A stretch of 64,000 bases of DNA from Patescibacteria group bacterium (GTDB lineage Bacteria; Patescibacteriota; JABMPQ01; JAHIRA01): assembly GCA_018818205.1 (NCBI GenBank), contig JAHISJ010000012.1:21523-85522 (forward strand), written 5' to 3'. Below, one piece after another: positions 1 through 9,693 of this stretch; within the stretch, counting starts at the first letter, position 1, and every line of letters begins with the position of its first letter. The notes beneath the pieces are model-generated. The model was not told the origin of the DNA. It ran no database searches and saw nothing but the letters and a program-made list of their open reading frames with translations. The position numbers were made by a program, and so were the translations under genes.

Positions 1-2093
1 TACTGTTTAAACGATACAAAATCGACACGTCGTTTATTCAAGAGCAATTGGAAAATATCCTAGAGAGTACCGCAAAATTTTCTGATATGACCACCATGTT
101 TAGCCTGGGAAAAAAGAAAACAATGGATTCTCAGTCAGCGCTTAAAGAATATTGCGATGACCTAACCACAAAAAAAGCGGTAGTCTCTATTGATCCGGTC
201 ATTGGAAGAAAAAACGAAATAAAACGAATTATTCATATCTTGGGAAGACGAAACAAAAACAACGTACTTGTCGTTGGCGAGCCGGGCGTTGGCAAAACGG
301 TGCTTATTGAAGGCCTCGCCAAAAAAATAGTTGAGGGAGATGTGCCTCCTATTTTAAAAAAGAAAAAAATACTACGTCTTGATCTTGCGAAGATTATTGC
401 AGGGACCATGTTTAGAGGTGAATTTGAAGGACGTCTAAAAAGCTTAATTGACGCTGCACAAAAAAATCCTGATGTTATCATTTTTGTTGATGAAATTCAC
501 TCGATTATTGGTCTTGGCAATGCGCAAGGGAGCCTTGACGCAAATAATATCTTAAAGCCTGCGCTTACATCGGGAGCGTTTCAATGCCTTGGCACTACTA
601 CCTTTGATGAGTATAGAAAACATATAGAAAATGATTCCGCTTTTGAGAGACGATTCCAGATGGTTAAGGTAGAAGAACCTACACCAAAGGAAACAAAAGA
701 AATACTGAGCGGCATCAAAGATGAGTACGAATCGTACCATCAAGTAGCCTTTACGCCAGGAGCGGTTGATAGCGCAATAGCACTTTCTGAGAGATACATG
801 CCTGAGAAAAGGTTTCCTGATAAAGCGATTGATGTTCTTGATGAGGCTGCCGCACACATTAATATCACCAGTTTTGACAACACGCTCTATGAAAAGATTG
901 AGAAAAAAAGAAAAGAACGAGAAGCAATCCATGAAAAGAAAAATACCATGGTCGTAGAGGAAAACTTTCAGGAAGCGCTTAAGCTCCAGGCAAAACAACA
1001 ACAAGTCGAAAAAGAACTGAAAACCTTACAAAGTAAGGAAAAGAAAAATAAGAAGAACTGGCCACAGATTGATGAGGAACACATCGCGGAGGCAGTCTCT
1101 GCGGCAACGGGAATTCCACTACAATCAATGCTTAAAACTGAAAAAGAAAAGCTTTTGAAGCTAGAAGGAACGCTCAAGAAAAAGATTGTCGGTCAGGATG
1201 AGGCGGTAAAAACAATCGCACAGTTTATTAGACGCGCAAAATCAGGATTAAAACATCCCAATAGACCAATTGGCTCTTTTATGTTTTTAGGTCCCACGGG
1301 AACAGGAAAAACAGAGCTTGCAAAAGTTATTGCCAAAGAGATATTTGAGGATAAAGATGCGCTTATCAGAATCGACATGTCTGAGTTTTCAGAAAAATTC
1401 AACGCGTCTAAATTAATTGGCGCACCTGCCGGATATATTGGTTTTGAAGAAGGCGGAAAGCTCACAGAAGCGGTGCGAAAAAAGCCCTACTCTGTGGTAC
1501 TCTTTGACGAGATAGAAAAAGCACATCCGGATATCTTCAATCTGCTCCTCCAAATTCTTGACGACGGATTTATTACGGACGCCGCGGGAAGAAAGATAAA
1601 TTTCAGAAACACCATTGTGATCATGACCTCAAACACCGGCACCAAATCAATTATGGAAGCAGCGCCAGGATTTAAGGATCAATCAGATGAAGAAAAGACC
1701 AAAGAAACCGACTACAATCAATATAAAGGCAAGGTACAAAAGGAACTCAAAGATACTTTTAGACCGGAATTTTTAAACAGAATTGATAGAATTATTGTCT
1801 ATAAGCCACTCTCGAAAGAATCCATCAAAAAAATTGTAACGATCCAGATTAATGAGCTAAAAAAGCGTCTTAAGACTGAAAAGAAAGTGACGCTTGATGT
1901 ATCAAAAAGTATTGAAGACGAGGTCGTAAAAAGTGGATTTAATCCTGAACTTGGTGCGCGTCCATTGCGGAAAGCAATTCAAGAGATTATAGAAGATGCT
2001 CTTGCAGAAGAAATTCTAAAGGAAACGATTTCTGAGAATGATTCGGTGAGAGTAACAAAAAAGGGTGGCTCTATAGTCGTAGAGAAAAAATAG
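1..2093 (+). CDS. clpC: ATP-dependent Clp protease ATP-binding subunit (5' partial)
   Basis: Two AAA+ modules (GEPGVGKT, IFVDEIH; GPTGTGKT, LFDEIEKAH), UVR-like linker and GARPLR sensor. The frame is open back to the window edge. Confidence 0.95.
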   Translation, partial: LFKRYKIDTSFIQEQLENILESTAKFSDMTTMFSLGKKKTMDSQSALKEYCDDLTTKKAVVSIDPVIGRKNEIKRIIHILGRRNKNNVLVVGEPGVGKTVLIEGLAKKIVEGDVPPILKKKKILRLDLAKIIAGTMFRGEFEGRLKSLIDAAQKNPDVIIFVDEIHSIIGLGNAQGSLDANNILKPALTSGAFQCLGTTTFDEYRKHIENDSAFERRFQMVKVEEPTPKETKEILSGIKDEYESYHQVAFTPGAVDSAIALSERYMPEKRFPDKAIDVLDEAAAHINITSFDNTLYEKIEKKRKEREAIHEKKNTMVVEENFQEALKLQAKQQQVEKELKTLQSKEKKNKKNWPQIDEEHIAEAVSAATGIPLQSMLKTEKEKLLKLEGTLKKKIVGQDEAVKTIAQFIRRAKSGLKHPNRPIGSFMFLGPTGTGKTELAKVIAKEIFEDKDALIRIDMSEFSEKFNASKLIGAPAGYIGFEEGGKLTEAVRKKPYSVVLFDEIEKAHPDIFNLLLQILDDGFITDAAGRKINFRNTIVIMTSNTGTKSIMEAAPGFKDQSDEEKTKETDYNQYKGKVQKELKDTFRPEFLNRIDRIIVYKPLSKESIKKIVTIQINELKKRLKTEKKVTLDVSKSIEDEVVKSGFNPELGARPLRKAIQEIIEDALAEEILKETISENDSVRVTKKGGSIVVEKK

Positions 2094-2113
2094 CACACGT
2101 GTTAATTGAGTAT

Positions 2114-2142
2114 AAAAAGCGGAGAATGGGACCCGCTTTTTT
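2114..2142 (+). terminator. Intrinsic terminator after clpC
   Basis: AAAAAGCGG...CCGCTTTTTT stem-loop followed by a T-run. Confidence 0.6.
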
Positions 2143-2162
2143 ATTTTTTAACTTTTTTACTG

Positions 2163-2855
2163 ATGCAAAAAATCTACGAGTATATACTCGATACACTCTT
2201 TCCCAAAAAATGCTTTTCATGTGGCAAAGAAGATACGTGGCTCTGTGAGTCATGCAAGAAAAAAATAGCTCTTTGCACAACGTTTACTTGTCCACTATGC
2301 GGAAAAGGAGATGGCCCTACACTATGTGCATCATGCAAAGAGAAGTCCCCTCTTGATGAACTTATCTATGCGGTTGATTACAATGAAAGCGAGATTGTAA
2401 GGCGAATAATCCATGCGTACAAATACAAATCAATAAAAAGTCTCGATTCTCCTTTGGGTCATATTCTGATCACTGCACTTGAGAAAAACAACTATACACC
2501 TTCAGCCGATTACATTACATCGGTTCCCCTCCACAAACGAAGAACAAAGGAACGAGGGTTCAATCAGGCAACCCTCATTGCCCTGTTTATTTCCAAAAAA
2601 TACCAGATTCCCTTTAGCGATCTACTTACCCGCACGCAAAACACCACTCCACAAATGTCTCTAAATAAAGAAGAACGGAAAAGAAACATAGCAGGAGCAT
2701 TCCACTGTACCACTACTCTTCCTCTCAAAAACAAAACAATCATAATTGTTGATGATGTTGCAACAACGCTTTCAACCTTAGAAGCATGCGCAAAAGAACT
2801 CAAAAAATGTGGTGCAAAAAAAGTCATCGCCCTCTGCATTGCAAGAGACCGTTGA
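2163..2855 (+). CDS. comF: ComF family competence protein (Zn ribbon + phosphoribosyltransferase fold)
   Basis: CxxC motifs, VPLH...ERGFNQA and IIVDDVATT. The ATG at 2163, after the terminator, is preferred as start. Confidence 0.9.
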   Translation: MQKIYEYILDTLFPKKCFSCGKEDTWLCESCKKKIALCTTFTCPLCGKGDGPTLCASCKEKSPLDELIYAVDYNESEIVRRIIHAYKYKSIKSLDSPLGHILITALEKNNYTPSADYITSVPLHKRRTKERGFNQATLIALFISKKYQIPFSDLLTRTQNTTPQMSLNKEERKRNIAGAFHCTTTLPLKNKTIIIVDDVATTLSTLEACAKELKKCGAKKVIALCIARDR

Positions 2856-2962
2856 CTTTACTCCCCTTTTCTCAGATAATAATAAGCGTAGACAGATGAT
2901 CTGCGTGTCACTGTTTTTCTTGGCTGACTCTGAAGGAACACGCACAGATTGGTCTATTGTAT

Positions 2963-3207
2963 GAGAAAATGGAGGGGCCCCCATTAAATTCTGATTTCAT
3001 GGGGAGGAGGAAAAACATTCTGGAAGCTGGAGTGGGTTCCGAAGGCTTTGCGAAGGAGCACACGTAAGCTGGAAGAATGTATGAAAAAATGGAGGGGCCC
3101 CCGAAAAGTTCCTACTTTTTGGGGAAGAGGAGGAACAATATGGAAGCTGGAGCGGGCTCCGAAGGCTTTGCGGAGGAGCACGCGTAAGCTGGAATATTGT
3201 TCCGACG
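2963..3207 (+). repeat. Two tandem copies of a ~120 bp structured repeat abutting tRNA-Ser
   Basis: Units at ~2963-3082 and ~3083-3207 share ATGGAGGGGCCCCC...GGAAGCTGGAG..CCGAAGGCTTTGCG..GGAGCAC.CGTAAGCTGGAA. Confidence 0.85.
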
Positions 3208-3208
3208 A

Positions 3209-3295
3209 GGAGAGGTGGCTGAGTGGTCTAAGGCGACGGTCTTGAAAACCGTTAGGCCCTTACGGGTCTCGTGGGTTCGAATCCCACCCTCTCCG
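3209..3295 (+). tRNA. tRNA-Ser(TGA)
   Basis: GGAGAGG/CCTCTCC acceptor stem, ACGGT-CTTGAAA-ACCGT anticodon arm, long variable arm, GGTTCGAATCC T-loop. Confidence 0.97.
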
Positions 3296-3380
3296 ATTAA
3301 AAATATGCGTGTTCAATTAGAAGTAAAAGCTTTTGGTTTATATCATACTGGCTGAAGGCTTTTTTTGTTGTTTAGTAATC

Positions 3381-3408
3381 TTGTGTCGCATACGCTTTGT
3401 GTTACTAT
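3381..3408 (+). promoter_or_regulatory. Candidate Pc-like promoter facing the cassette array
   Basis: TTGTGT-N16-TACTAT with an extended TG, upstream of the first GTT site. Confidence 0.35.
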
Positions 3409-3424
3409 TATACACAGATGATTA

Positions 3425-3530
3425 CCCTAACAAACATATTCTTACTTGCCAGCATTTCTATTTTGAAGTTCGGATATGATGCTAGATTTGGTATTTATTG
3501 GTAAAGAGTTCGGGTATACGCTAGTTGTAT
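3425..3530 (+). other. attI-like or degenerate attC site at the head of the array
   Basis: Ends in GTTGTAT (3524-3530), which is complementary to R'' of cassette 1. Preceded by imperfect direct repeats GTTCGGATATGATGCTAG / GTTCGGGTATACGCTAG and a CCCTAAC at 3425. Confidence 0.55.
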
Positions 3531-3935
3531 GACATACATGTTTTCCTTTCGGGGCTATCGCCCCGGCTCTTAAAAAGAATCCGATTTTGTTTTTCTACAT
3601 TACAGAAGGGGTGTATGGTGTTTTCTCCGCTATCGCTCCGAAAACAATTTTATTTATAAGGGGAAAAGAAATTCAATTTTCCAGGTTTAAGTGATTTTAA
3701 AATACGTTATGAAGGCGGAAAAATACCGTTTTTTTGTTTCAAAAAAACGACTTTATTTATAGCAAAAAGGAGATTTATTAGTTATAATTAAAGCAAAATC
3801 TAACCATTCGTTTTTTGCAAAAACAATGAAAAAAATAGCGGAGATAATAAAGGACACAAATTACAGATTCTCATTATTAGATGAGATGTCCTTTTGCAAA
3901 ATAACCTTATTGAATTATTTATAAGATATCAATCT

Positions 3936-4235
3936 ATGGATATTTTATATTTAATAATTCCTTCGGTAATTGCTTTTGCAATTATATACTATACCGTTTA
4001 TTACCTTCTCTCTTTAAGAGAACAAAAAATTAGAGATAAGGTGGCCAATGAATTGCTGAGCGATTTTGACTATGAAAAAGAAAAAAAGGAAATTAAATCC
4101 TATGCAAATCTTTTCCAGGTAATTCAAATGTGTCCTATTTGTATCTCATCTTTGGTCTTAAGAGATGGAAAATATGGAGAATTTTGGGGTTGCTCAAGCT
4201 TTCCAAAATGTAGATTTACTAAGAACAAATTTTAA
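3936..4235 (+). CDS. Membrane-anchored protein with topoisomerase-type C4 zinc ribbon
   Basis: N-terminal TM segment, then CPIC...LVLRDGKYGEFWGCSSFPKCRFT. Confidence 0.75.
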   Translation: MDILYLIIPSVIAFAIIYYTVYYLLSLREQKIRDKVANELLSDFDYEKEKKEIKSYANLFQVIQMCPICISSLVLRDGKYGEFWGCSSFPKCRFTKNKF

Positions 4236-4236
4236 A

Positions 4237-5355
4237 ATGGGCTATTACGAAGACAAAAAACAAGAGTTAGAAGAGTTACTTATCCTAATAAAGGGCGAAA
4301 AAGAGAAGTTAAGAGTTGCTGCACTAAGCGAAAGAAAACAACTAGACGAAGAATTAGAGAAATGTGAAATGATTGAAAATGGTGTAAAGCAACTTACTAA
4401 AGAACGACAAATTGGATTCCCTTGGTTAGCGAAGGCATATGAAGAATTGTTTGCCTTGAGAGATTATGAGCTAGTAAGTTTTCTAAGAAATAAAAGCAAA
4501 CCAGCGTTGAGGGCGAGTGAAATCGTTAAAGAGCAAACCGGGCTTAGAAGAGAAGCAGAGAGCAAAAGGAAAGTTGCTGAATATCTGGTCGAATATTATG
4601 AGTCAATCGCTCCTTTTTTAATAGACTTGAAAGAAGAGGTTGATGATGGTTCTACTGAAGACGGTAAAAGGGTGAACATGGACTATACAAAAGAGGAGAG
4701 AAGTGATGCTGTTTCGGATTATTTAACAAAAGAGGAATATAGGAAGCTTTCGACGGAAAAGAAAAATCAACTTGCTTTAGATAGATTTTGGAAAAGAAGA
4801 AAGTCAAAACAGTTTATTGGTAAACTTTATGAGAGGTATGTAGGTTATCTTTATGAAGAAAAAGGATATGATGTTGATTATGTCGGTATCTTCAAAGGCT
4901 ATGAAGACTTAGGCAGGGACTTAATTTGTGAAAATAAAGATGAAATGGTAGTTATTCAATGTAAAAATTGGTCTAAGTTTAGAACTATTTATGAAAAACA
5001 CATCTTTCAATTTTTTGGAACCGTTTTTCAATATGAAGATGAAAATCCAAATAAGAAAATTAGGGCAATTTTTTACACCTCGACAAGCTTATCAGATTTG
5101 GCTTCAAGATTTGCAAAAAAGCTCGGAATTGAATTAATCGAAAACTTCAAATTAGATCAAAATTATCCATCAATAAAGTGCAATATTTCCAGATCTTCTG
5201 GGGATAAAATTTATCATTTACCCTTTGATCAGCAATATGATAAAACGAAAATAGAAAAAGATAAGGATGAGTTTTATTGTAAAACGATAAAGGAGGCAGA
5301 GAGAGCGGGATTTAGAAGAGCTTTTCGTTATTCGAAATTAGGTAGTCGGAAATAA
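4237..5355 (+). CDS. Mrr-like restriction endonuclease domain protein with C-terminal Ada-like metal/DNA-binding domain
   Basis: YERYVGYLY...DLGRDLI...VIQCKNW (PD-QxK variant); C-terminal IKCNI...IYHLP..QQYD...EAERAGFRRA. Confidence 0.75.
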   Translation: MGYYEDKKQELEELLILIKGEKEKLRVAALSERKQLDEELEKCEMIENGVKQLTKERQIGFPWLAKAYEELFALRDYELVSFLRNKSKPALRASEIVKEQTGLRREAESKRKVAEYLVEYYESIAPFLIDLKEEVDDGSTEDGKRVNMDYTKEERSDAVSDYLTKEEYRKLSTEKKNQLALDRFWKRRKSKQFIGKLYERYVGYLYEEKGYDVDYVGIFKGYEDLGRDLICENKDEMVVIQCKNWSKFRTIYEKHIFQFFGTVFQYEDENPNKKIRAIFYTSTSLSDLASRFAKKLGIELIENFKLDQNYPSIKCNISRSSGDKIYHLPFDQQYDKTKIEKDKDEFYCKTIKEAERAGFRRAFRYSKLGSRK

Positions 5356-5405
5356 GAAGATTAAAATTTATCAGATGAAAATTAAAGAGAAAGAGGATAC
5401 TTGGA

Positions 5406-6344
5406 ATGAAAAACTCAATAATCAAATTAGTGAAAGATGAGATTAGGTGGCTTCTAAATTGCAGGTTTTTCTGGATTTTCACAATTATCATTTTAATAAT
5501 TTCTCTTATACTGGAAATTCTTCTTGATTTTGTGAGTGTGCTTGCTAAAGGAATTTTGAAATATTTCATTTTATGCCAAGGTGAGGGAATCGAAGTAAAA
5601 ATAGGTCTTGTGATTGCAATAGGTGCATTATTTGTTGGCATCCAAGAATATATTAGGAAGGATAAAGAAAAGCGTGAATTGCAAAAACAGCATAAGAGAG
5701 CTATTTTAAACGCAATAAAACAGGAACTCTCAATAATGGGTAGCTGGTTAAGAACTGATTATACAAAAGAAAAACTTAATTCTGATAAGAATTATCGGTG
5801 GCATCCTTTTTCTATGGTTCTTCACCCAACAGGCTCAAACTACACTGTTAGGTCTATAGATCCTATCAAATCATATTTATTTTCTGATGATTATATTTTC
5901 GCATTAGTAAAATTTAACCAATATGTTGAAAATTTTCGGAGATTAATTGAAAGAGACATGCTTTATTCTTTTTCTTTTCCTGTACTTCTGCTTCGAGCAG
6001 AAGAAATATTAGACAAAAAAAATCACAAAGCCGCTGATTATATTGATGATTTAAGAGAAAAAAAGAATAAGAAAAAGAAATTAAATCTAGTAGAACTATT
6101 TATTGTGAAAAAGCAGGAATCTATGTTTGCTGTTCATATTGATGGAATAGGTGAGAAATCATGTGAATCGCTTTGCAAGAGTTTTCATGAACTTGAAGAT
6201 TTGACTGAAAAAGAAATCAACAATATTAATGATAATCAAGGATTTAATAAACCAAACTATTTTATTTTTGTTTATTTATTTCAACTTATTTTAATTTCGT
6301 TTGTAATACTTTTATTTATATCTTTATACATCTGCTTTAGTTGA
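5406..6344 (+). CDS. Hypothetical multi-pass membrane protein
   Basis: 312 aa ORF with two N-terminal and one C-terminal hydrophobic segments. Confidence 0.7.
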   Translation: MKNSIIKLVKDEIRWLLNCRFFWIFTIIILIISLILEILLDFVSVLAKGILKYFILCQGEGIEVKIGLVIAIGALFVGIQEYIRKDKEKRELQKQHKRAILNAIKQELSIMGSWLRTDYTKEKLNSDKNYRWHPFSMVLHPTGSNYTVRSIDPIKSYLFSDDYIFALVKFNQYVENFRRLIERDMLYSFSFPVLLLRAEEILDKKNHKAADYIDDLREKKNKKKKLNLVELFIVKKQESMFAVHIDGIGEKSCESLCKSFHELEDLTEKEINNINDNQGFNKPNYFIFVYLFQLILISFVILLFISLYICFS

Positions 6345-6356
6345 AAACAATAGAAA

Positions 6357-6968
6357 ATGGGCAAAAACCAAAAAGAGATAATAGAGAAGTTCAAAAAATT
6401 TACAAGGTGGATGCAAGGTGACATAGAAAAAGCATTGTTTAAGGCCAATGCTAATTTTCTTGTAACTATGGGTATTATGAATTACATCGAAATACTTGGC
6501 GGTTTCATTATTGGTTATTATCAAAAGGATAATCAGGATCAAATAGAAATTAATACAAAAGGTAGAAAACTTGAAACTCTTACTAAATATAGGTTTGGGA
6601 GTTTTTTTTCAAAATTAGGTAGTGATTATGAAAATCTTCTAAATCAAAAAAATTTAAACGTGTATAATGAATTACGGTGTGGTCTAACTCATGAATATTT
6701 ACCTAAAAAGAAAAAATTTTGTATTTACGGACCTGATAAACCGATGGAAGAAAACGAAATAAAGGTGTTGATGAAGAAGTATAAAGACATCGAGGTTGCA
6801 ATTACGTATTCTGCTAGAAAATGGGAGATAAACAACCCAATTCTTTATCGAGATTTTTCAAAGGCCATCGAGGTATTAACAGAGAACATTGTAAATTCAA
6901 AGAAAGATATTTTTAGAATTAATTTCTTTGAGATGGCTCGAAAAATCAATCTTAATAACTTTAATTAA
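6357..6968 (+). CDS. Hypothetical protein, possible HEPN-fold RNase
   Basis: Helical protein with an R-x4-H motif (LRCGLTHEY). Confidence 0.5.
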   Translation: MGKNQKEIIEKFKKFTRWMQGDIEKALFKANANFLVTMGIMNYIEILGGFIIGYYQKDNQDQIEINTKGRKLETLTKYRFGSFFSKLGSDYENLLNQKNLNVYNELRCGLTHEYLPKKKKFCIYGPDKPMEENEIKVLMKKYKDIEVAITYSARKWEINNPILYRDFSKAIEVLTENIVNSKKDIFRINFFEMARKINLNNFN

Positions 6969-7008
6969 GAAGAAGCCTTAGAAAGTATTACCCTAAACTA
7001 CTAATAAC

Positions 7009-7758
7009 ATGACCTCCTTCTACAAAATCCCTCGTCAACCCTCCTGGAACTACCCCGGCCCAAACTGGAACCTCTCCCGCTCCAAAATCGATTTATTCCT
7101 AAAATGCCCGAAGTGCTTTTATCTTGATAACAAACTTGGCCTCAAGAGACCTCCGGGCTATCCTTTTAATCTAAACACCGCCGTCGACACCCTCCTTAAA
7201 AAAGAATTCGACATCCACCGGGCAAAAAACACAAAACACCCCCTTCAAGAAAAATACGGCATCGACGCTCGGCCGGTTGCTCATGATGAGCTTGATGAGT
7301 GGAGAGAAAATTTCAAAGGGGTGCGTTATTTTCATGAGCAAACGGGCATGACGGTCACCGGGGCGATAGATGATCTTTGGATCAATTCAAAAGATGAATA
7401 TATGGTCGTTGATTATAAGGCGACGAGTAAGGAAGCGGTTATTGATGAACTTAATGAAGATTGGCAGGATGGGTATAAAAGACAGATGGAAGTTTATCAG
7501 TGGCTGCTAAGGAAGAAAGGTTTGAAGGTTTCAAGGACGGGTTACTTTGTTTATTGTAATGGAATCACCGATAAAAAAGCTTTTGACGGGAAGTTGGAAT
7601 TTGATATAACTTTAATTGACTACCGGGGAAACACGACTTGGATTGAACCGACGCTTCTTGAAATAAAAAAATGCCTCAAGAGCAATAAGATTCCAAAGTC
7701 AGACAAAGAATGTGACCATTGTAAATGGTATGACGCACGAAAAGAATATGAAAAATAA
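7009..7758 (+). CDS. PD-(D/E)XK nuclease, RecB/Cas4-like
   Basis: LSRSKI..F..CPKCFY, GAIDDL, VVDYKAT, QMEVY and C-terminal CDHC. Confidence 0.85.
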   Translation: MTSFYKIPRQPSWNYPGPNWNLSRSKIDLFLKCPKCFYLDNKLGLKRPPGYPFNLNTAVDTLLKKEFDIHRAKNTKHPLQEKYGIDARPVAHDELDEWRENFKGVRYFHEQTGMTVTGAIDDLWINSKDEYMVVDYKATSKEAVIDELNEDWQDGYKRQMEVYQWLLRKKGLKVSRTGYFVYCNGITDKKAFDGKLEFDITLIDYRGNTTWIEPTLLEIKKCLKSNKIPKSDKECDHCKWYDARKEYEK

Positions 7759-7886
7759 GGAGTTTGGGGTAAGGGGCATTCACCCCTTTAATTCCCCTCT
7801 GCCCCTTACCCCAAACAGAAAAACAAAATCGGATTCTTTTTAAGAGCAATCCCGCTAAAGCGGGATAAAAGGAAAACATGTACGTC

Positions 7887-7958
7887 ATACAACAGTGAGT
7901 ATCAGACATTTATCTTCGCTTCGCTACGATAAACGTCTGATACTCACGAACGTTAGGT
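7887..7958 (+). repeat. attC1
   Basis: R'' ATACAAC ... GTGAGTATCAGAC/GTCTGATACTCAC palindrome ... R' GTTAGGT. Confidence 0.9.
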
Positions 7959-7992
7959 GAAATATTTTTGCGACAATAACCAGAGAGTTAAG

Positions 7993-8844
7993 ATGGAATA
8001 CCAAGAAGTGACAGTACTAATAATCGATCAATGCAGAAGTGCGACTCTGGTACTTTCTGAATTAGATAAAACAAACAAGGAGCAAGATCCTTCCACAAAA
8101 AAACACATGACTGATAAAGTCACTGAATCAATTAGTAAGTGGGAAGAAAAATCCGCTGAAATTCTTGAGGAACATGAACTAATAATTGAATTAGAACTCT
8201 TTTCCAGTCGACAAGTCAACATTGTGGAAAAAACTGGATGGGATAAGACACTAAATAATTACTGGTTATATTTAAATAAGAAAAGGAAGATTTTACTCGA
8301 AATTGTCCAAGCCATTGAAAGCAAGAAGTCAGGGATAGAGTTAATAAGTATTACGCTAGATGATATTGATAATTTCTCTGCCATTCATGCCGTGAAACCT
8401 GAAGACGTTACTGACTACACCAACAGTGCTTTTTTGGAAGACGACGTTGAAGAATGCTTTTTGGAAGCCATTGGTGAACCATACAAAGAAGCTGACTCTG
8501 GTTCTGAGACACGAGACCTATTCACAGACAAGCTTTTGATAAACGGAAAAAGACTGGGTACAGCGGTAATGTTTAAGGGTCGAGGAGTAAAATCTCCCCT
8601 TAGCATAGACAAGTGCGGATCTAAAGGGAATCAGCTTCTTAAGCTAGCGAAAAACAATGCTGCAGAGTGTTTTATAGTACAACACGTCAATAAAATTGAA
8701 CCAGATGTTAAAGAAATGCTAATTGATTCCGTATTAACAAATACTCGATTTGCAAAAGTATATGTATGTTTTATTGACGGTGTTGATACTGCCAGGCTTC
8801 TAAGGAGCATGAGGAAGGATCTTGCAGAATTGAAAGACAAATAG
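7993..8844 (+). CDS. Cassette 2: putative restriction-endonuclease-fold protein
   Basis: C-terminal EDDVE..F..AIGE...SETRDLFT...AVMFKG pattern resembling a PD-(D/E)XK fold. Confidence 0.5.
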   Translation: MEYQEVTVLIIDQCRSATLVLSELDKTNKEQDPSTKKHMTDKVTESISKWEEKSAEILEEHELIIELELFSSRQVNIVEKTGWDKTLNNYWLYLNKKRKILLEIVQAIESKKSGIELISITLDDIDNFSAIHAVKPEDVTDYTNSAFLEDDVEECFLEAIGEPYKEADSGSETRDLFTDKLLINGKRLGTAVMFKGRGVKSPLSIDKCGSKGNQLLKLAKNNAAECFIVQHVNKIEPDVKEMLIDSVLTNTRFAKVYVCFIDGVDTARLLRSMRKDLAELKDK

Positions 8845-8860
8845 TCGCAAAAAATACATC

Positions 8861-8932
8861 ATTTAACAGTGAGTATCAGACATTTATCTTCGCTTCGCTA
8901 CGATAAACGTCTGATACTCACGAACGTTGTAT
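8861..8932 (+). repeat. attC2 (core identical to attC1)
   Basis: R'' ATTTAAC, R' GTTGTAT; 8865-8928 is identical to 7891-7954. Confidence 0.9.
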
Positions 8933-8957
8933 GTCATTTCACCATTAAGTTATAAGT

Positions 8958-9578
8958 ATGAAAGCATTAATAAATTTCTACGCAACAGTCAATGAGAATA
9001 CAATTAACCAACTGCTGAATTTTATTACTCAACAAATCCATATAGGGACTCAGCAACCTGAAAATCCTTTAGAAGAAATTATTATTCAAATTTCTAGTTC
9101 TGGAGGATCTTCAGACCATGGCTTGCTGGCGTACAACTATCTGCAACAAGTAAATGTTCCTAAAACTACAATAGGCATGGGCAATGTAGACAGCGCCGCA
9201 GTAATGATCTTTGCATCAGGCGACAAGCGCTTAACAATGCCTAGTTGCAGATTTTTATTACATGAAGCCCTAACCACCATTAGTGGACAATTCAATGGAA
9301 CAAAACTTCATGAGATCGCTAATCTAAATGAAAGAATAACAACTGACTATTGTAAAGTAATTTCTAAGGCAACTGACAAGAAGACTTTTAGCGTAGAAAA
9401 AAAAGTTAAAGAGGGTCAAGTGATGTCGTCAGAACAAGCGAAAAAATATGGATTAGCACAGGATTTTCAAAATGAGCCATACGTGAAGGACCTTAAGAAT
9501 CTTAATATTCTCATCATAAACAACGTGAAAGATGCAGCTGCGCCACCTCCAAAAAATAAGAACCAGGTTAAAACTTAA
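8958..9578 (+). CDS. Cassette 3: ClpP-like serine protease
   Basis: ISSSGG, NVDSAAVMIF (nucleophile Ser), RFLLHE, EQAKKYGL. Confidence 0.8.
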   Translation: MKALINFYATVNENTINQLLNFITQQIHIGTQQPENPLEEIIIQISSSGGSSDHGLLAYNYLQQVNVPKTTIGMGNVDSAAVMIFASGDKRLTMPSCRFLLHEALTTISGQFNGTKLHEIANLNERITTDYCKVISKATDKKTFSVEKKVKEGQVMSSEQAKKYGLAQDFQNEPYVKDLKNLNILIINNVKDAAAPPPKNKNQVKT

Positions 9579-9590
9579 TGGTGAAACGAC

Positions 9591-9660
9591 ATATAACAAA
9601 GAATATCAGAAATTCATTCCGTTCTACTCCGTGAACTTCTGATATTCTCAAACGTTGTAC
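9591..9660 (+). repeat. attC3
   Basis: R'' ATATAAC, GAATATCAGAA/TTCTGATATTC arms, R' GTTGTAC. Confidence 0.9.
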
Positions 9661-9693
9661 GCCATAAATTTTAAATAATTTTTCTCTACCGAT

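Noticed and set aside
2778-3245. Short ORFs 2778-2984, 2984-3181 and 3048-3245
   Set aside because: They run through the tandem repeat and tRNA-Ser; no protein features.
3296-3523. Expected integron integrase or prophage integrase at tRNA-Ser
   Set aside because: The gap is too short, no tyrosine recombinase ORF is present in the window, and I found no duplicated tRNA 3' end (attR).
7891-8928. Identical 64-bp palindromic direct repeats next to a Cas4-like nuclease, suggesting CRISPR
   Set aside because: The repeats are separated by a whole gene and have attC R''/R' boxes; there is no cas1/cas2 and no short spacers.
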